DNA from: Eledone cirrhosa | Lineage: Eukaryota | Direction of reading: 5' to 3' | Length of the DNA: 64,000 nucleotides | Assembly (NCBI GenBank): GCA_964016885.1 | Contig: OZ024755.1 | Location: forward strand, 30,690,001 to 30,754,000 | Part shown: one piece after another, positions 10,682 through 24,365 of the stretch | How positions within the stretch are numbered: the first letter of the stretch is position 1 | Layout of the letters: each line of letters opens with the position of its first letter | The notes under the pieces: model-generated | What the model was told of the DNA's origin: nothing | Databases searched by the model: none | The model's input: only the letters and a program-made list of their open reading frames with translations | Made by a program: the position numbers and the translations under genes

Positions 10682-12648
10682 CACCGTGTAACATTTTTTG
10701 TTCCCCGGTTCTACTAAGTGTCATTTCATGGTTTGTTCTATCCCATTATTATAATAAAAAAACACTATTATTTAATCAGAAGTTTGGGTTTGTGGTCAGG
10801 GGTTTGATATTTCGAAATTTTCATATTTTTCAAGAAAAAACACATTTTTTTTTTATTTATCAGTTCATATAATTAAATCAACAAAGTATATATTTATTTT
10901 ATTACACAAGCTTATCAAAAGCAAACAAGTAAAAAACAAATAACACTTATAAAGCAACTTATATACGTCAGAAATGACTGGATTTCCTGGATTTGCGATT
11001 GTAGTCCAGGTCGCATTCCCGCACTAGCCCCCAGATATAGTCCCCCATCATTTTTTCATTGTAGTGGCCCTGGTACCTCCACTCTCTTTCACATCTTGGT
11101 GGAATCGTTCGCCTTGTTCTTCTGAGTAGGCGCCCATATTGTCCTTGAATTTTTCCAGGTGAGCGTCCAGCATATGGAGTTTAAGCGACATCCTGCATCC
11201 CATGGCGCCAAAAGCCTTTATCAGATCCTGCACCAGCTGCTGGTAGTTTTCAGCTCTGTAGTTGTCCAGGAAGCCCTTAAAAACTGCCTGAAACAGTTCC
11301 ATGCTGTTCTCTCAATCCTATTTCGGTAGACTCAAACACCTTTATCTGAGATCCAACAAAAATTCCACCTTTGATTTTGGCCTCAGATAACTTGGGGAAG
11401 AACTCAAGAAGGTACTTAAAAGAGGCTGATTCTTGGTTGAGAGCCTTCACAAACTGCTTCATCAACCCCAACTTAATGTGCAGTGGCGGCATGAGCACAA
11501 TCCTGGGATCAACCTGTGGCTCCCATATGACGTTCCGGGTCCCAACTACAAATTCTGTTCGCTGCTCCCAGTTCTTTCTTTTGAGTGGTCAGAGGTGGCT
11601 CTGCTGTTCCAAAGGCAGAGGAAGCATTGGAATTTGATAAAGCCTCCTTGGAGTCCAAGCAGGAAAGCCACCATCTTGAAGTCTCCAATGATTTCCCAAT
11701 TGTACTGGTTGTATTGCAGAGCTTCCAAGAGGACTTTCACACTGTAGTAATCTTCCTTCGGGCAGACTGAATGAGCTAGGGGCAGTGTCGGGAACTTGTT
11801 TCCATTGTGGAGGAGGACAGCCTTCAAACTTGCGATGGAGCTGTCTATAAATAGCCGCCACTTCTTGGGCACAAACGGCACCCCAATAACGTCAAACAGT
11901 CCAGGCACGTCATGGCAGAAGCAGAAGCCATCCCTAAGAGTGTAAAAACCTGAGAAAGGTTCGTGCCGACTTCTTTGACTTGTCACCTGCACGTCCTCCT
12001 TGACCAAGTTCCACTGCTTCATCCTGGAGACGAATAGCTCTGGATTGGACTTGGTCAGACCCATATCCCTGACCATTGACTTCTTTTGGGTTCGGGAAGT
12101 AAGGAACTTCTTCTGGTACCTCAGGCAGGTAATCCAAGTCCTCAGCATCCATCTCCTCCTCTTCATCAGAATACTTGTCTTGGAAAATAAATTTGATATG
12201 CAATACAAAGTAAATATTGGAAAGGGAAATACATATTTAAATAATATAAAAGAACACTAATCATACTAATAAAAATCCGTGCTTAAAACACAACTTACCC
12301 TTTATTCAGGGTGCGAAAATCCAGTATCAATAAATCTCTTTAATCCACTTTTTTACAATTTTATACTTTATTGCACTTTTATAATTTTCTTTAGGTATTA
12401 CTCTTTATTCTATAATTTTAATTTAACCTGAAACATATATATAAATCATCATTTAACATAAGCAAATTAAACTTACACACAACGTTAAATCCAGCATACA
12501 AATAATTCTAGTGAATAGCTTAGAATTTTTACAAACCCAAACTTTTAACTGTTTAATAGGTCCCAAATAAATAAAAAAAAGTGCTAAGCAACACAAAAAA
12601 GTGATTACAAGCCAGGAACAGAGGAAAAAAATGTTTTGTTACACGGTG
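10682..12648 (-). mobile_element. Chapaev3 (CMC superfamily) DNA transposon with both ends
   Basis: TIR caccgtgtaaca...tgttacacggtg, 3-bp TSD TAA at 10679-10681 and 12649-12651 (TWA is typical of Chapaev3), and internal transposase remnants. Confidence 0.9.
10975..12180 (-). pseudogene. Frameshifted Chapaev3 transposase
   Basis: Motifs WRLFIDSS..SLKAVLLHNGN, GDFKMV..LLGLQGG..KF.CFLCLW, PPLHIKLGLMKQFVKAL and MSLKLHML..H...SEEQGERFHQD are split over three ORFs. Confidence 0.9.
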
Positions 12649-12814
12649 TAATCCTTCTAAAGAATTTCCTTTTATGAGAAAAGTTTGAGTTGGTAAAGTC
12701 ATTAGCATGTCGGTTAAATTACCTCACAGTATATGTTCAAGGCCTGGGGTCTATAAGTTTAAAACCCGACGAGGTCATCATTACCTTTTCTCTCTCCTGG
12801 GACTATAAATAAGT

Positions 12815-12986
12815 GTTTCTAATTTTGGCACAAGGCCAGTAATTATCTCAGTGCATTACTGGTACCTTATTTTATCGACCCCGTAAGGATGAAAGGTAAA
12901 GTTAACCTCGACGGGATTTGAACTCAGACCGTAAAAGAGCATACCTATGCTGCAATGCATGGTATCCGACCCTCTACAGATACTGG
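12815..12986 (-). mobile_element. SINE family 1 copy
   Basis: Reverse complement of the family 1 consensus. Confidence 0.8.
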
Positions 12987-13172
12987 GACTATAAATAATG
13001 TACCAGTCAAGTACTTGGGTCGATTTATATTTTATTGTGCGGTTCCATTAATCCTTTCATCACCCCTCTTAGAAACTACCAAAAATATATAAACTAGAGA
13101 AGTAAATGACCCTACGAAAATCTTTTTTCATAGTCGCATGAGATGCAATAAATAGAAGTCACATCTCCTTTA

Positions 13173-13728
13173 AATAATTATAAAGACGAAGTAAAAAGGG
13201 AGATATAATTATAAAGACGAAGTAAAAAGGGAGATATAATTATATACCAGAAGTAAAATGGGAGATATAATTATATACCAGAAGTAAAATGGGAGATATA
13301 ATTATATACCAGAAGTAAAAAGGGAGATATAATTATATACCAGAAGTAAAAAGGGAGATATTATATACCAGAAGTAAAAAGGGAGATATAATTATATACC
13401 AGAAGTAAAATGGGAGATATAATTATATACCAGAAGTAAAATGGGAGATATAATTATATACCAGAAGTAAAAAGGGAGATATAATTATATACCAGAAGTA
13501 AAAAGGGAGATATAATTATATACCAGAAGTAAAATGGGAGATATAATTATATACCAGAAGTAAAATGGGAGATATAATTATATACCAGAAGTAAAAAGGG
13601 AGATATAATTATATACCAGAAGTAAAATGGGAGATATAATTATATACCAGAAGTAAAATGGGAGATATAATTATATACCAGAAGTAAAAAGGGAGATATA
13701 ATTATATACCAGAAGTAAAAAGGGAGAT
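13173..13728. repeat. Minisatellite, 31-bp unit (ataattatataccagaagtaaaawgggagat), about 18 copies
   Basis: Read directly; units vary at aaaaaggg versus aaaatggg. Confidence 0.95.
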
Positions 13729-13875
13729 GGAATAATCACGGTTCAAAGGCCTTAAATCATTGGTCTGGACATTCAGGATCTAATCAAAATTAATAAACGC
13801 GTAAAGAATGTTTTCAGTGAGGTTTTTTTGCCATACATGTTTCGATGTTCAACTAATATCAACTTCAATTATATA

Positions 13876-14280
13876 GTGGATTAGGGCAGTATCGGTAGAG
13901 GGCCGGACGCCATGCTTTGCAGCAAAGAGTTGCGGACCTTTATGGTCTGAGTTCAAATCCCGCCGAGGTTAACTTTGCCTTTCATCCTTACGGGGTCGAT
14001 AAAATAAAGTACCAGTAATGCACTGGGTCGGTTTAATCGACTTTCCCCTCCCGCCAAAATTGCTGGCCTTGTACCTATATAAGAAACCATTATATAGTAG
14101 ATTGGCCGCATCGGTAGAGCGTCAGACGCCATGCTTTGCAGCATAGAGTTATGGCCCTTTGCATTCTAAGTTCAAATCCCGCCGAAGTTAACTTTGCCTT
14201 TCATCCTGACGACGGGGTCGATAAACTAAAGCACCAGTAATGTACTGGGGTAATTGCTGGCCAAAAGTAGAAACAATTAA
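13876..14280 (+). mobile_element. Two adjacent SINE family 1 copies
   Basis: Each has A/B boxes and the Meta-like core. Confidence 0.85.
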
Positions 14281-14854
14281 TAATGCTCCTGAGAAAATTG
14301 TGAAAGTTGCTCAATTTACTTATTCTCCAATTCCTCTATATCTCTAAAATATGTGTGAGTTTATTCCAAAGCTTGTAGTTCTCATAAGTACATATCACTA
14401 CTTTCATTCTTCTAGTGCCATAATACACTTTATGAAATATTTTTAATGCCATAGTTTTTAAATAAGTTTATTAGGATTACACAACCTTCTTTGTTTTTAT
14501 GTATTGCCGTGTGTATTGTTTAGACTAATTCGTGTGAGCGCAAGCATGTCTCTATTTACAACGTTTTAAGATTACAGATGTTCGTGTTTGATCCCACTAC
14601 ATGACAGTTGAGATCGGCGGCTTTTGAATGAAATTGTTTAAAATAAAACTGTGTGGAAGCTTGGTAGAGGTGCGGTTCCTGTTGTTGGGTGTTAAACTTA
14701 ATCCGTCGCCTAGTTTAACATTACCGGCATATTTACCTGGAAGCCTTTAGCCGAGAACACTCTTTCTGATAACCGCCTTCATCCCTCACACTGGTCTTGG
14801 ATGCTTTGAAAGATGCTATGTCTACATCATTAACAAAAATGTGCTTTAAAATTA

Positions 14855-15951
14855 TCTACTTATATATATAACCAGCAATTTCTCTGTCTGTCTGTCCGAC
14901 AGTGGAAACACGTGCGTAGAGAGAGTGTGAGAGTGAAAGAAAGAGACAGACAACGAGAGAGGGAGAGAGAGAGAGTGAGTGAGTGAATAGACGCTAAAAC
15001 ACGTGCTACAGAAATATTACCTTCCCCTTCCTTTATAGAAACGTTACCTTCCCCTCTCCACTGACTTTGGTCACCGAGGTCGAGGGAATCGCTGGTTGCT
15101 ATAGAGACACCTTGCACAAGCCAGAAGTAACCAGTTCGAGGCAGTTCTGACTTGACACCATGCGAAAAAGGTTGCTATTGAATGTGGTTGTTGCTGCTGA
15201 TAATAAGGACCATTTGAAGAAGGTTGCTGCTGATGTGGTAATTTATTAATCAGATTGCGCAGTTCCATAACCTACGTTTGATTTGTTCAATTTTTTTCTT
15301 CAATTTTTGTTGTTGTTTTTTTTTTATTTCTTATTGAAAAAATATAAATAATTGTTTCTACTTTAGGCACAAGGCCAGCAAATACCCAGTGCATTACTGG
15401 TACTTTATTTTATCGACCCCGTAAGGATGAAAGGCAAAGTGAACCTCGGCGGGATTTGAACTCAGAATGGCAAGGGCCGTAACTCTATACGTCAAAGCAT
15501 GGCGTCCGACCCTCTACCGATACTGCCAATCCACCGTCCTTTATAATTGTTTCTACTTTAGGCACAAGGCCAGCAATTACCCAGTGCATCACTGGTACTT
15601 TATTTTATCGACCCTGTAAGGATGAAAGGCAAAGTCAACCTTGGCGGGATTTGAACTCAGATCGTAAAGGGACGTAACTATGCTGGAAATATATCTGTCT
15701 GTATGTCTGGCTGTCTGCTGCCTCCGGTTATTCTGCCACCCTTGCTCAAGACAAATCTCACACTCATTCCCCAAACAGTTGGTAAGTGCACACAACTTCT
15801 TCCTCGCGTTTTAAGCCACAGTGTTGCTTACTTACGTACCACCAGACCCTTACTTCTTTGCCAGCCGTGGTTGTGGCAATACTAAGTTTAGCTAAGGCGG
15901 TTATATATTTCACAATACCTTATCCCGTGCAACCCCGGGTACCACTGCTAG
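14855..15951 (+). mobile_element. Non-autonomous Helitron containing two nested minus-strand SINEs (15347-15690)
   Basis: 5' end A|TCtacttatatatataa followed by (tgtc)n; 3' GC-rich hairpin cccgtgcaaccccggg then CTAG|T at 15948-15952. Confidence 0.65.
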
Positions 15952-16134
15952 TATGATATAAATGACGGATAGTGAATTCAACCTTAGACTTCTCTGTTTA
16001 CTTCCATTCACATATTTGATCAGAATTTGGTGTACTGACCTCTTATAACCACGTAGAGCTTAAATAGAAAACTAGCGCACTAAAGACAAATTTACAGAAA
16101 ATGTGTCAGTCATGCTGATACAGGCAAAGCAACT

Positions 16135-16423
16135 ACGTCTAAAGTCTGTCTTGAGCCAGAAGTCTCGTTAGGCCGGTGCTTATTCCGGTTTCGTGGCGTG
16201 AAGCGACTGAGAGTACAAGACTTCCCCTGGACAGGACGCCAGTCCATCGCAGGGTTAAACCTCCAGCTATTGCTGGTACTTATTTTCAACGGAGTATACT
16301 GGAGCAACGTGAAATGAAGTGTTTTTCTCAAGAACACAAAACACGCAACCCAGCCCAGGAATCGAACCCACGACGTTATGATCGTAAGTCCAACACCCTT
16401 ACCACTAGGCCACGCACCTCCAC
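16135..16423 (-). mobile_element. V-SINE-like tRNA-derived SINE
   Basis: Minus strand has tggcctagtggt (A box), ggttcgattcc (B box) and the V-domain-like ccctgcgatggactggcgtcctgtccagggg. Confidence 0.8.
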
Positions 16424-17121
16424 ACGTAATTATACGTTATGTGATAATTTCATAGACAGGTTCACCACCGTATCTTCAAACATATGCCACCTAAAGAAAT
16501 TCGATAATTTTATTCATCATATATAGTACAATTAAGCTATGCAAATATTGAAACATCAAGCATAACATACATTTCAAGATAAATATTGGTTACCATTCCT
16601 GTCCTTAGCAAAACTAGTCAATCTCCTATTTAAGATTGAATACATACCAAACATAAGCCAAATACCAAAAGAATAAACCCAACCTTATTTTGTGTTTGTC
16701 AATTATATTTACACGTGTCATCAAATTACATTTAATTGTTCAATGTCGTATAGATTCTACTCAGAGATCACATACATTCAGTGTTTAGAATAAACATTAT
16801 AAGCAGGGACATAGTTCTGTTGCTAAAGAAATCGCGTCGTTCTTGTTTTTTTATCCCACTTGGAAGGTGATTTCTACTACTATAGCCACGGGTGAATTAA
16901 TGTTTACACGTGACATTTGGTAGATTGAGTCCCTCGTGTATAATCGGTGGTGCTTTACAATTTTTTCCATCTTCAGGGTTTATATGCCAAATGTATAAGA
17001 CTATTTTTCATAGTCAAACAACGTTGATGCTTCTTTCAAATTCATGCTATATCTATGTATATGTGTGTCTGTGTTCTTAAATAAGTACTGACTAAAAGCA
17101 TATATATATATATATATATAT

Positions 17122-17222
17122 ATAGGAACAAGTAGGACCCCGACGGCTGAGCTCAAGCCGTTTCGACGGCTAATTCTGGTGCGTTATGGTCCATCTGGTT
17201 CCTTACCACATTACCTTCGTTT
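17122..17222 (-). mobile_element. Penelope-like end (family D) with the 3' half of a hammerhead, inside (TA)n
   Basis: Minus strand reads ...uagccguc-GAA-ACGGC(uugagcuca)GCCGU-C-gggguc. Same family as 43857-44025. Confidence 0.6.
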
Positions 17223-17242
17223 TATATATATATATATATATG

Positions 17243-17410
17243 TTTCTTTATTAGCCACAGGGGCACAAAAGAAGGGGACAAATACAAAGGGGGAAGTTTA
17301 CATACAATAAAAACGTGTAAAATATTATCACAAATGTAATTTAAAAATTAGTCGATTTTCCCCAATAGGGGGAGACATTTCATATAGGTAACACATACCC
17401 CGAAAAAAAA
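17243..17410 (-). mobile_element. 3' UTR fragment of a Tx1/L1-type LINE
   Basis: Similar to 41333-41530 (gggacaa.tacaaagggggg.gtttacat). The minus-strand aataaag terminus abuts (TA)n. Confidence 0.5.
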
Positions 17411-17416
17411 ATGTGC

Positions 17417-17480
<64 letters not shown>

Positions 17481-17772
17481 CGAGCGAGAGAAAACGAGAT
17501 AGATAGATAGAGAGCGAGCGAGAGAGCGAGAGAAAACGAGATAGATAGATAGAGAGCGAGCGAGAGAGCGAGAGAAAACGAGATAGATAGATAGAGAGCG
17601 AGCGAGAGAGCGAGAGAAAACGAGATAGATAGATAGAGAGCGAGCGAGAGAGCGAGAGAAAACGAGATAGAGAGAGAGAGCGAGAGAGAGAGCGAGCGAG
17701 AGAGAGAGCGAGCGAGAGAGAGAGCGAGCGAGAGAGAGAGAAAGAGAGAGATGGATGGATAGATAGATATAC

Positions 17773-17805
<33 letters not shown>
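17417..17805. repeat. (TAGA)n, a compound GA-rich minisatellite of about 42 bp, and (GA)n
   Basis: Read directly from the sequence. Confidence 0.95.
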
Positions 17806-17806
<1 letters not shown>

Positions 17807-19185
17807 GGCCATCTCTTTAATGAATTCCATGCTATTATCAACTGCCGTCAACTGCGGCCAGTTTGATGACTGAACAGGCGTTATTCAGGTCACCTTTTCT
17901 AAACCCTTCCCTTGTTGTATGGGTGAGCAGTAGGTCCCCAAAGAGGGCTGCTCAAATGCTCAATACTCCACTGAAGCATGTTGCTGTTCAGTTTAACAGT
18001 GCAGCGACGTTAGGATAAGACTCGAGCTTCCCACGTGTAACTATGTTCTTCTAACCGGTCGAATCTACACACGTTGCCACTCCCCCACCGCTGTGGAATT
18101 TGTGAGATTAGTTATATGCGAAAAATTAGCAGAGTTGTTAGATTCTAACAGTTAGAACGTCAGATAGAATGTTTTGTGTTATTCGTTTCGGCTCTCTGAG
18201 TTTAAATCCCACCAAATCAACTTTGCTTTTCATCCATATTTTTCTAAGGCGGGTAAAATTCCCGAGATCCATGGACGAGTTCTCTCCAGCGGTCCCTGTC
18301 CCTCATTATCGCTGCCATGTCCTGCGTCTCCAACAGACCAGTGTCTGTCCTTAGGGCATCAACATACGTTACACCTTGGTCTTCCTCTTCATCCATATGA
18401 GGTCGTTAAAATAGTATCAGTCAAGTATTGAGGGGTCGGTTCTTCCTTTATATATCTTCCTCACTTCCTTGCCCTCACTCTTAATCCTTCTCTGGGAGAA
18501 ATCTGCTGTATTCAGATATGGAGAGGATTGGACTCTGCCAAACTTTAAAATGCCTTAGAAACGCCGTATGTCAATACGGCGCCATTTTGGCTCCATCAGA
18601 GGTTACGGGACCATGCATGCTTGTATAAAACTAAGTTATTTTTTTCACCAGTAAAATTTGAAATCGGTATCATTGAATATTGGTGTGACTTTATCCAGTT
18701 TAAAGCAATCCTTTTGTCCTCTATCTAGGAATAAATATTATCTCTATCGATAAATCAGTTTTATACTCTACACATCCTACCAACTAAAACATTATCAAAC
18801 ATTGCTATCAGGTTTTGTTTGAAATAGATATGACCAACTATGCAGGCCCAACAATAATATGATAAAATACAATACAATGATCATATTCAAACAGTTGTAA
18901 ATACCCAAATGACTAACAAATAATTTCGTACTTATCGATTGTTAAAAATGATGATAATTGTTTTCTTTCCACATAAAAGTCTTATATTTCAAGGAAACTA
19001 GAACATCGTGACAATGTATTTTCCAAATGACATTGGTTGTGTAAACATCGATATTTGAGGTGGGGGTCGGGCAATTTACTAAACGTTGCCAACTTGGACC
19101 ACGAGGCTAATCGTGTGATTTTATATCTAAATACGGAAATTTCTGTTGCTGAGTTATAAAGGTCGCCAGATTTATGGAGAAAGGA

Positions 19186-19376
19186 AATAATTGTTTCTAC
19201 TTTTGGCACAAGGCCAGCAATTATCCCAGTGCATTATTGGTGCTTTATTTTATCGACCCCGTAAGGATGAAAGGCAAAGTTGACCTCGGCGGGATTTGCA
19301 CTTAGACCGTAAAGGGCCGTAACTCTTTGCTTCAAAACATGGTGTCTGACTCTCTACCGATACTGCCAATCCACCC
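19186..19376 (-). mobile_element. SINE family 1 copy with TSD aaggaaataat
   Basis: Matches the consensus; direct repeat on both flanks. Confidence 0.85.
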
Positions 19377-21879
19377 AAGGAAATAATCATACGAAATTCA
19401 CAAAATCTACTGGCTTGGACGAGAGTTGAATGGCTACATTAAAACAAAGAACACAGTTTGGGGACTTGTCCGTTTCTGTTGCTAACTTGAATCTATATAG
19501 ATCTCAAATATTTAATACAGAACTAAATAAGAATTGTGAAACATAAGGGACTTACAAAAAGAACAAATAACTATGAGAATATTTTTGAAGCCTATTTTGT
19601 TTCATACAAAATAACCATATTTATCACCAAATGAGGTCTTTTTGTTCAAAGGAGCTGTTATATGTCTAACATTAAACAAAAACAAATAGCCACAGTCTTC
19701 TAGATTATGAAATAGAATTTTCTTAACAATTTTACCCATTTACAAGAGTGTTTTCTTAATTTTCATCTTGAATTACAGACACCTATTTTTTAATCATGTT
19801 CAAAGATAGTTCATTACTTCATAAACATAGAAAATACTGATAAATCTAGAAAACGTCTGATACAACATGGCCGATTAAAACATACTAGATCGTATATCTT
19901 GCTGAATATATATATATATATATATACAAATATAAATTAGCGAGAATCGTATTTCGGCTATTGGAAATTAGCGAAAAACAACTTCCGAGATGTGTGGCAA
20001 GCGCTCAATAGATTCTAACGAACCAGAGCTATAACATACGTTAAAAGGCCAAACACACTGAGACGATGGTTAAACCATTATCCGCACAGCCATAGAAACG
20101 ACCAAGTAATTCGGGTCAAACAAATAAAAAAAATATATATATATATTCAGAATAAATAACAAATATATATTGATGTTATTAGCTTCGTAACACAAGTACA
20201 TATGAAATCAAATGTTGAAGATAAGGAAGAAACCTTTGGAAAACTAAACAAATACATACCCTGGTTGGATAGTATCAGATGATCATTGTTAATTGTCGCT
20301 GGGTTAATCTGCGCAGCAAACATTTTACTAAGTAAACTACACTACCTGGGGCTAAATAAAAAATATTTGAACGAACTGATACGACGACAAATTCCATGGA
20401 TAGAACATCTGTTCCTCTGATTACACACAACACTTACAAGAAGACCACAATATCATTATTACCTTAAATAATATTAGCCCTGTGTTTCATTTTCTTCGTT
20501 TTCTTATTTCGTAATGAATTACTTTATTGTGAAAAGTAAAGCCTAGATTCTATGGAGCATTTCGACACAAATAAAGTGTGGAAATATAGTTAAATATAAA
20601 TAGACGTGATTATTCGTGTTATGATATTAACCAAACAAGACAACAAAGCAGTTATTATATAGTTTATTATTTTAGCCTACGTACTTTTTCACAACTGTAA
20701 ACACTTAACAGATTTTTTTTTTCAAGCCGTCGCCATTTCTCGAAAACTTGTTTTTAACTAAATAAAAAGAAACACCACCGCCTTTGAATTTAATTGTAGC
20801 ACTGGATGCCATCTTAAGATATGGGATAATTTACAACTTTTTGAAAGCTGTGTTGCTTAATATAAAAGTGGAATACAATTTTTAAAAAATAAATAAAATA
20901 AAATAAAATAAAATAAAGCTCGAGGCTCTTTGAAATGAAATATTTTAATTGACATTTGGTAGGAGCATGAAAATTTATGACAAAATTAAAAAGAGACGTC
21001 TGTTCAATTATTCTGCTAAAAATTTTGTTTTAGAAATAGAGAAAGCTTTAGATCAAAGTCAAAGGCACTGAACTCAGGTAGGATTTCATTTTAGAGGTAT
21101 CAGTATAATTTACGTTATTCGTCTACCAAATATTGGGTCGACAAGTATTAAATTTGTAGAAATTTATTTTTTTTCTACAAATTTCTATAAATTTCATACT
21201 TGACAACCCAATAAAATGCGCCTGTGTCAATATCTCAAAGAGAGTCGAACTTTATGCTTTACAGCATAGAGTTACGGCCCTTTATGATCTAAGTTCAAAT
21301 CCCACCGAGGTTAACTTTGCCTTTCATCCTTACGGGGGTCGATAAAATAAAGTACCAGATAAAATGAAGTACTTTCCCCTCCCCTAAAATTGCTGGCCTT
21401 GAGCCTATATGAGAAACCATTAATTAAGTGAGCTATGACATGAAAGATTGTAATTGTATTTTGGTCCCACGAAATACTCAGTCCAACATCATGAGCATTA
21501 CCTCTTCCTCCAGACATAACAAATAAAAGATGGTGAAATGGGCCATCATCTATCTACATTTGAACCCCGGTTGGGAGTGTTTAAAATAACAATTTTCGGT
21601 ATACAACATTAGTTAAACCATCTTCGCTGATTTACTCATACAAATTCCTCACTCATATCTTTATGTATAAAATTATATATAAAAATTATACGGAGTGGGT
21701 ATATATTTATATACCACCACCACCACTCGTCGACTACTGTCGAGATGATGGATTTCACTCTCATGCCCCAGAATCCCCTGTCCTCCATCGCTGTCCCCAG
21801 GTCCTGTCTGCTGATTCCCGTATCCCTAGAGATAACGTCAGCTTCCTACAGCTTCCTACTCCTATATACACATTGGCAC

Positions 21880-22140
21880 AGATTTGGCTATCCGCAGGTG
21901 TGAGCCTCGCGAGCTGGGATTGCTCTTCCAAGATGTATCCCTCACCATCCTCCGGGGAAACTCCTTCTCTATTCTGTCCGCAGGGGCCGCGGGGCGGCCA
22001 GCACGTGGGCGCTCATTTGGGGGAAGCTGCAGAGACGGAGGAAGTGACAGTGAGAGTTTGGTTCTTTTGTGTTCGGACCTGGTGTATATATGTGTGTATA
22101 AGAGAAAATGCGTGGCTAACAAGTACCACGTCTACAACAT
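21880..22140 (+). mobile_element. 3' end of a CRE-clade (RLE-type) non-LTR element
   Basis: RRCEPRELGLLFQDVSLTILRGNSFSILSAG matches the CRE C-terminal consensus LxQRlSlaiqRGNa. Homologous pieces lie at 38285-38520 and 32190-32350. Confidence 0.65.
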
Positions 22141-22819
22141 AATCATCATCCCCATCATCATTGCGAGTTAATATGAGAAACGAAAAGTTTGACAACACCC
22201 CACCACCACAAAGACAGAGATACGGCCCTGTACTAGTGTTAAAATATTTGAGTATCTATAAGAAATACAAAGCAGTGAATTAGCAGTATCGTTCATACAG
22301 TAGACATGTCTCTCTGCGTGTTGGTTTGCCCTTCGTCCTTTTGAGGTCGAGAAATGAAGTACCACTTCAGTACTGTGGTGGAATCTCTGTCACACATTCT
22401 CACACACACTTTCTCTCTCTCACACACATACACACACTCTCACACACAGAAATACACACTCCACACACTCTCTCATACACGGACACACACTCTCTCTCTC
22501 TCTCTTTGGTGATCCAGGAACATGTCTCAATAGTAAACGCCACTAAAACTTCTATCATTCATATCGTCATGTCTTCTGGTGGGTTGTCAAAACAGGTAGA
22601 GTGCTTTAGAGTTATGGCCATTTTCGTTCTGAGTTCAAATCTCGGCAAGATTAGCTTTGCCTTTCATCCTTACGGGGATCTATAAAATAAACCACCAGTA
22701 ATGTACTTGGGTAATTGCTGGCCTTGTGCCAAAAGTAGAAACAATTATTGTCATATCTTCCCATTTCAGCTCTTTTAAATAGCTTATGTCAGGTCACTCT
22801 TGAGTGCTACTGGTAGCGT

Positions 22820-23030
22820 GTAACCCAGTACAACCTATCGCATGGTCGGGTCGTCGGCGACTACTCCGGCAACCCCACCAAGTTTACTTGGTGAGAAGGG
22901 TGATTTTAGACACCCTGCATGACAAACACGAAACCTGACAAAGGGCGGAAGAACTCATAAGAGTAAACGACCATCTAAAAAAAAAAAAAAAAAAAAAATC
23001 CTGCCAAATCAATGGGTGGCAGTAGTTCCA
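22820..23030 (+). mobile_element. RTE-like 5'UTR-derived repeat fragment
   Basis: cccagtacaacct...catggtcgg...cttggtgagaagggtga...aaacctg.caaagggc matches the minus strand of 59810-59950. Confidence 0.5.
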
Positions 23031-23303
23031 GCTGCATCGAAAGACTGGTGTAGTGGTTCTGAGAACAATGCGGCTTTGCAGATGATCAATGCAAATTGAC
23101 AATGGAAAGGCGCTCCTGCTCGAGTTAGAAAAGAATTATTGACTTTCAGGAGAAGCAGTGACCCCTGATTGTATTCAGCAACCGAAACAAATAAGAAGTA
23201 CACCAAATCCAATGCTCCTAGGGGGCGGCCCTGGTTCTTCTTATTTGCATGTTTAAACTCGGCCAGATTAGATTAGATTAGATAGTTCAATATATTATTT
23301 AGA

Positions 23304-23502
23304 GCAACGGTGGATTAGCAGTATCGGTACAGCGTCAAACACGTTACTTTGCAGCACAGAGTTATGGCCCTTTATGGTCTGAGTTCAAATCCCGCCGAGG
23401 TCAACTTTGCCGCCTTTCATCCTTACGGGGGTCGATAAAATAAACCACCAGTAATACACTTGGGTAATTGCTGGCCTTGTACCAAAGGGAGAAACAATTA
23501 TT
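23304..23502 (+). mobile_element. SINE family 1 copy
   Basis: Matches the consensus. Confidence 0.85.
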
Positions 23503-24102
23503 GTCATATCTTCCCATTTTAAATAGCTACAATTTCCCTAATTTCACGAGTCTATGTTGACTCTGGCAGTCTACAGGTTTGTTACCTTCTCCGAAAGATC
23601 CAATTCATTGGTCTATTTACGAAACAATGATGTAGAAATAAATGTGCAATTAAAACAAACAACTGGAATAATGAAAATATTCAATGTAGATGCAGGAATT
23701 CAGAATGTGAGAACAAAAAGATCTTTAACAAAATTTTATTTTTGTTAACAATGAAATTAAATACAGAAGAATTTCTAAATACAGTCACGACATATGTAAT
23801 TTTATACAAATACGCATCAACAGAGAAAATAAGAATGTTTGGGTGTGGGAGGTCTGTGTGTGTGTGTGTGTGTTTTTACGTAAGCATGATGACTTAGTTT
23901 TATAGGGTAAAACAATCACAAATTTATGTTGTTCATTCTTCATTCGGTGCCATTAACGCTATAAAAATAGCGACATCATCAAATAATTGATTTTTATTAA
24001 TATAAAGATTAATTATTAATCTTTATATAAAGATTAAGTATTAATATTTAGATATAAGTTCACCCCTAACCAATGCACACACGCGGAGACTCCAAATATT
24101 TG

Positions 24103-24138
<36 letters not shown>

Positions 24139-24184
24139 CAGTTGTGTGTTTACGTGTCCATGAACTTAAACGTTAGCTTGTGAA

Positions 24185-24365
24185 ATAATTGTTTCTACTT
24201 TTGGCACAAGGCCAGCAATTACCCAGTGTATTACTGGTACTTTATTTTATCGACCCCGTAAGGATGAAAGGCAAAGTTAACCTCGGCGGGATTTGAACTC
24301 AGATCGTAAAGGGACGTAACTATGCTGGAAAGCATGGCGTCCGACCCTCTACCGATACTGCCAAT
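24185..24365 (-). mobile_element. SINE family 1 copy
   Basis: Matches the consensus. Confidence 0.85.

Noticed and set aside
13173-13728. 31-bp repeats as a CRISPR array
   Set aside because: The repeats are contiguous, with no spacers and no cas genes; the context is eukaryotic.
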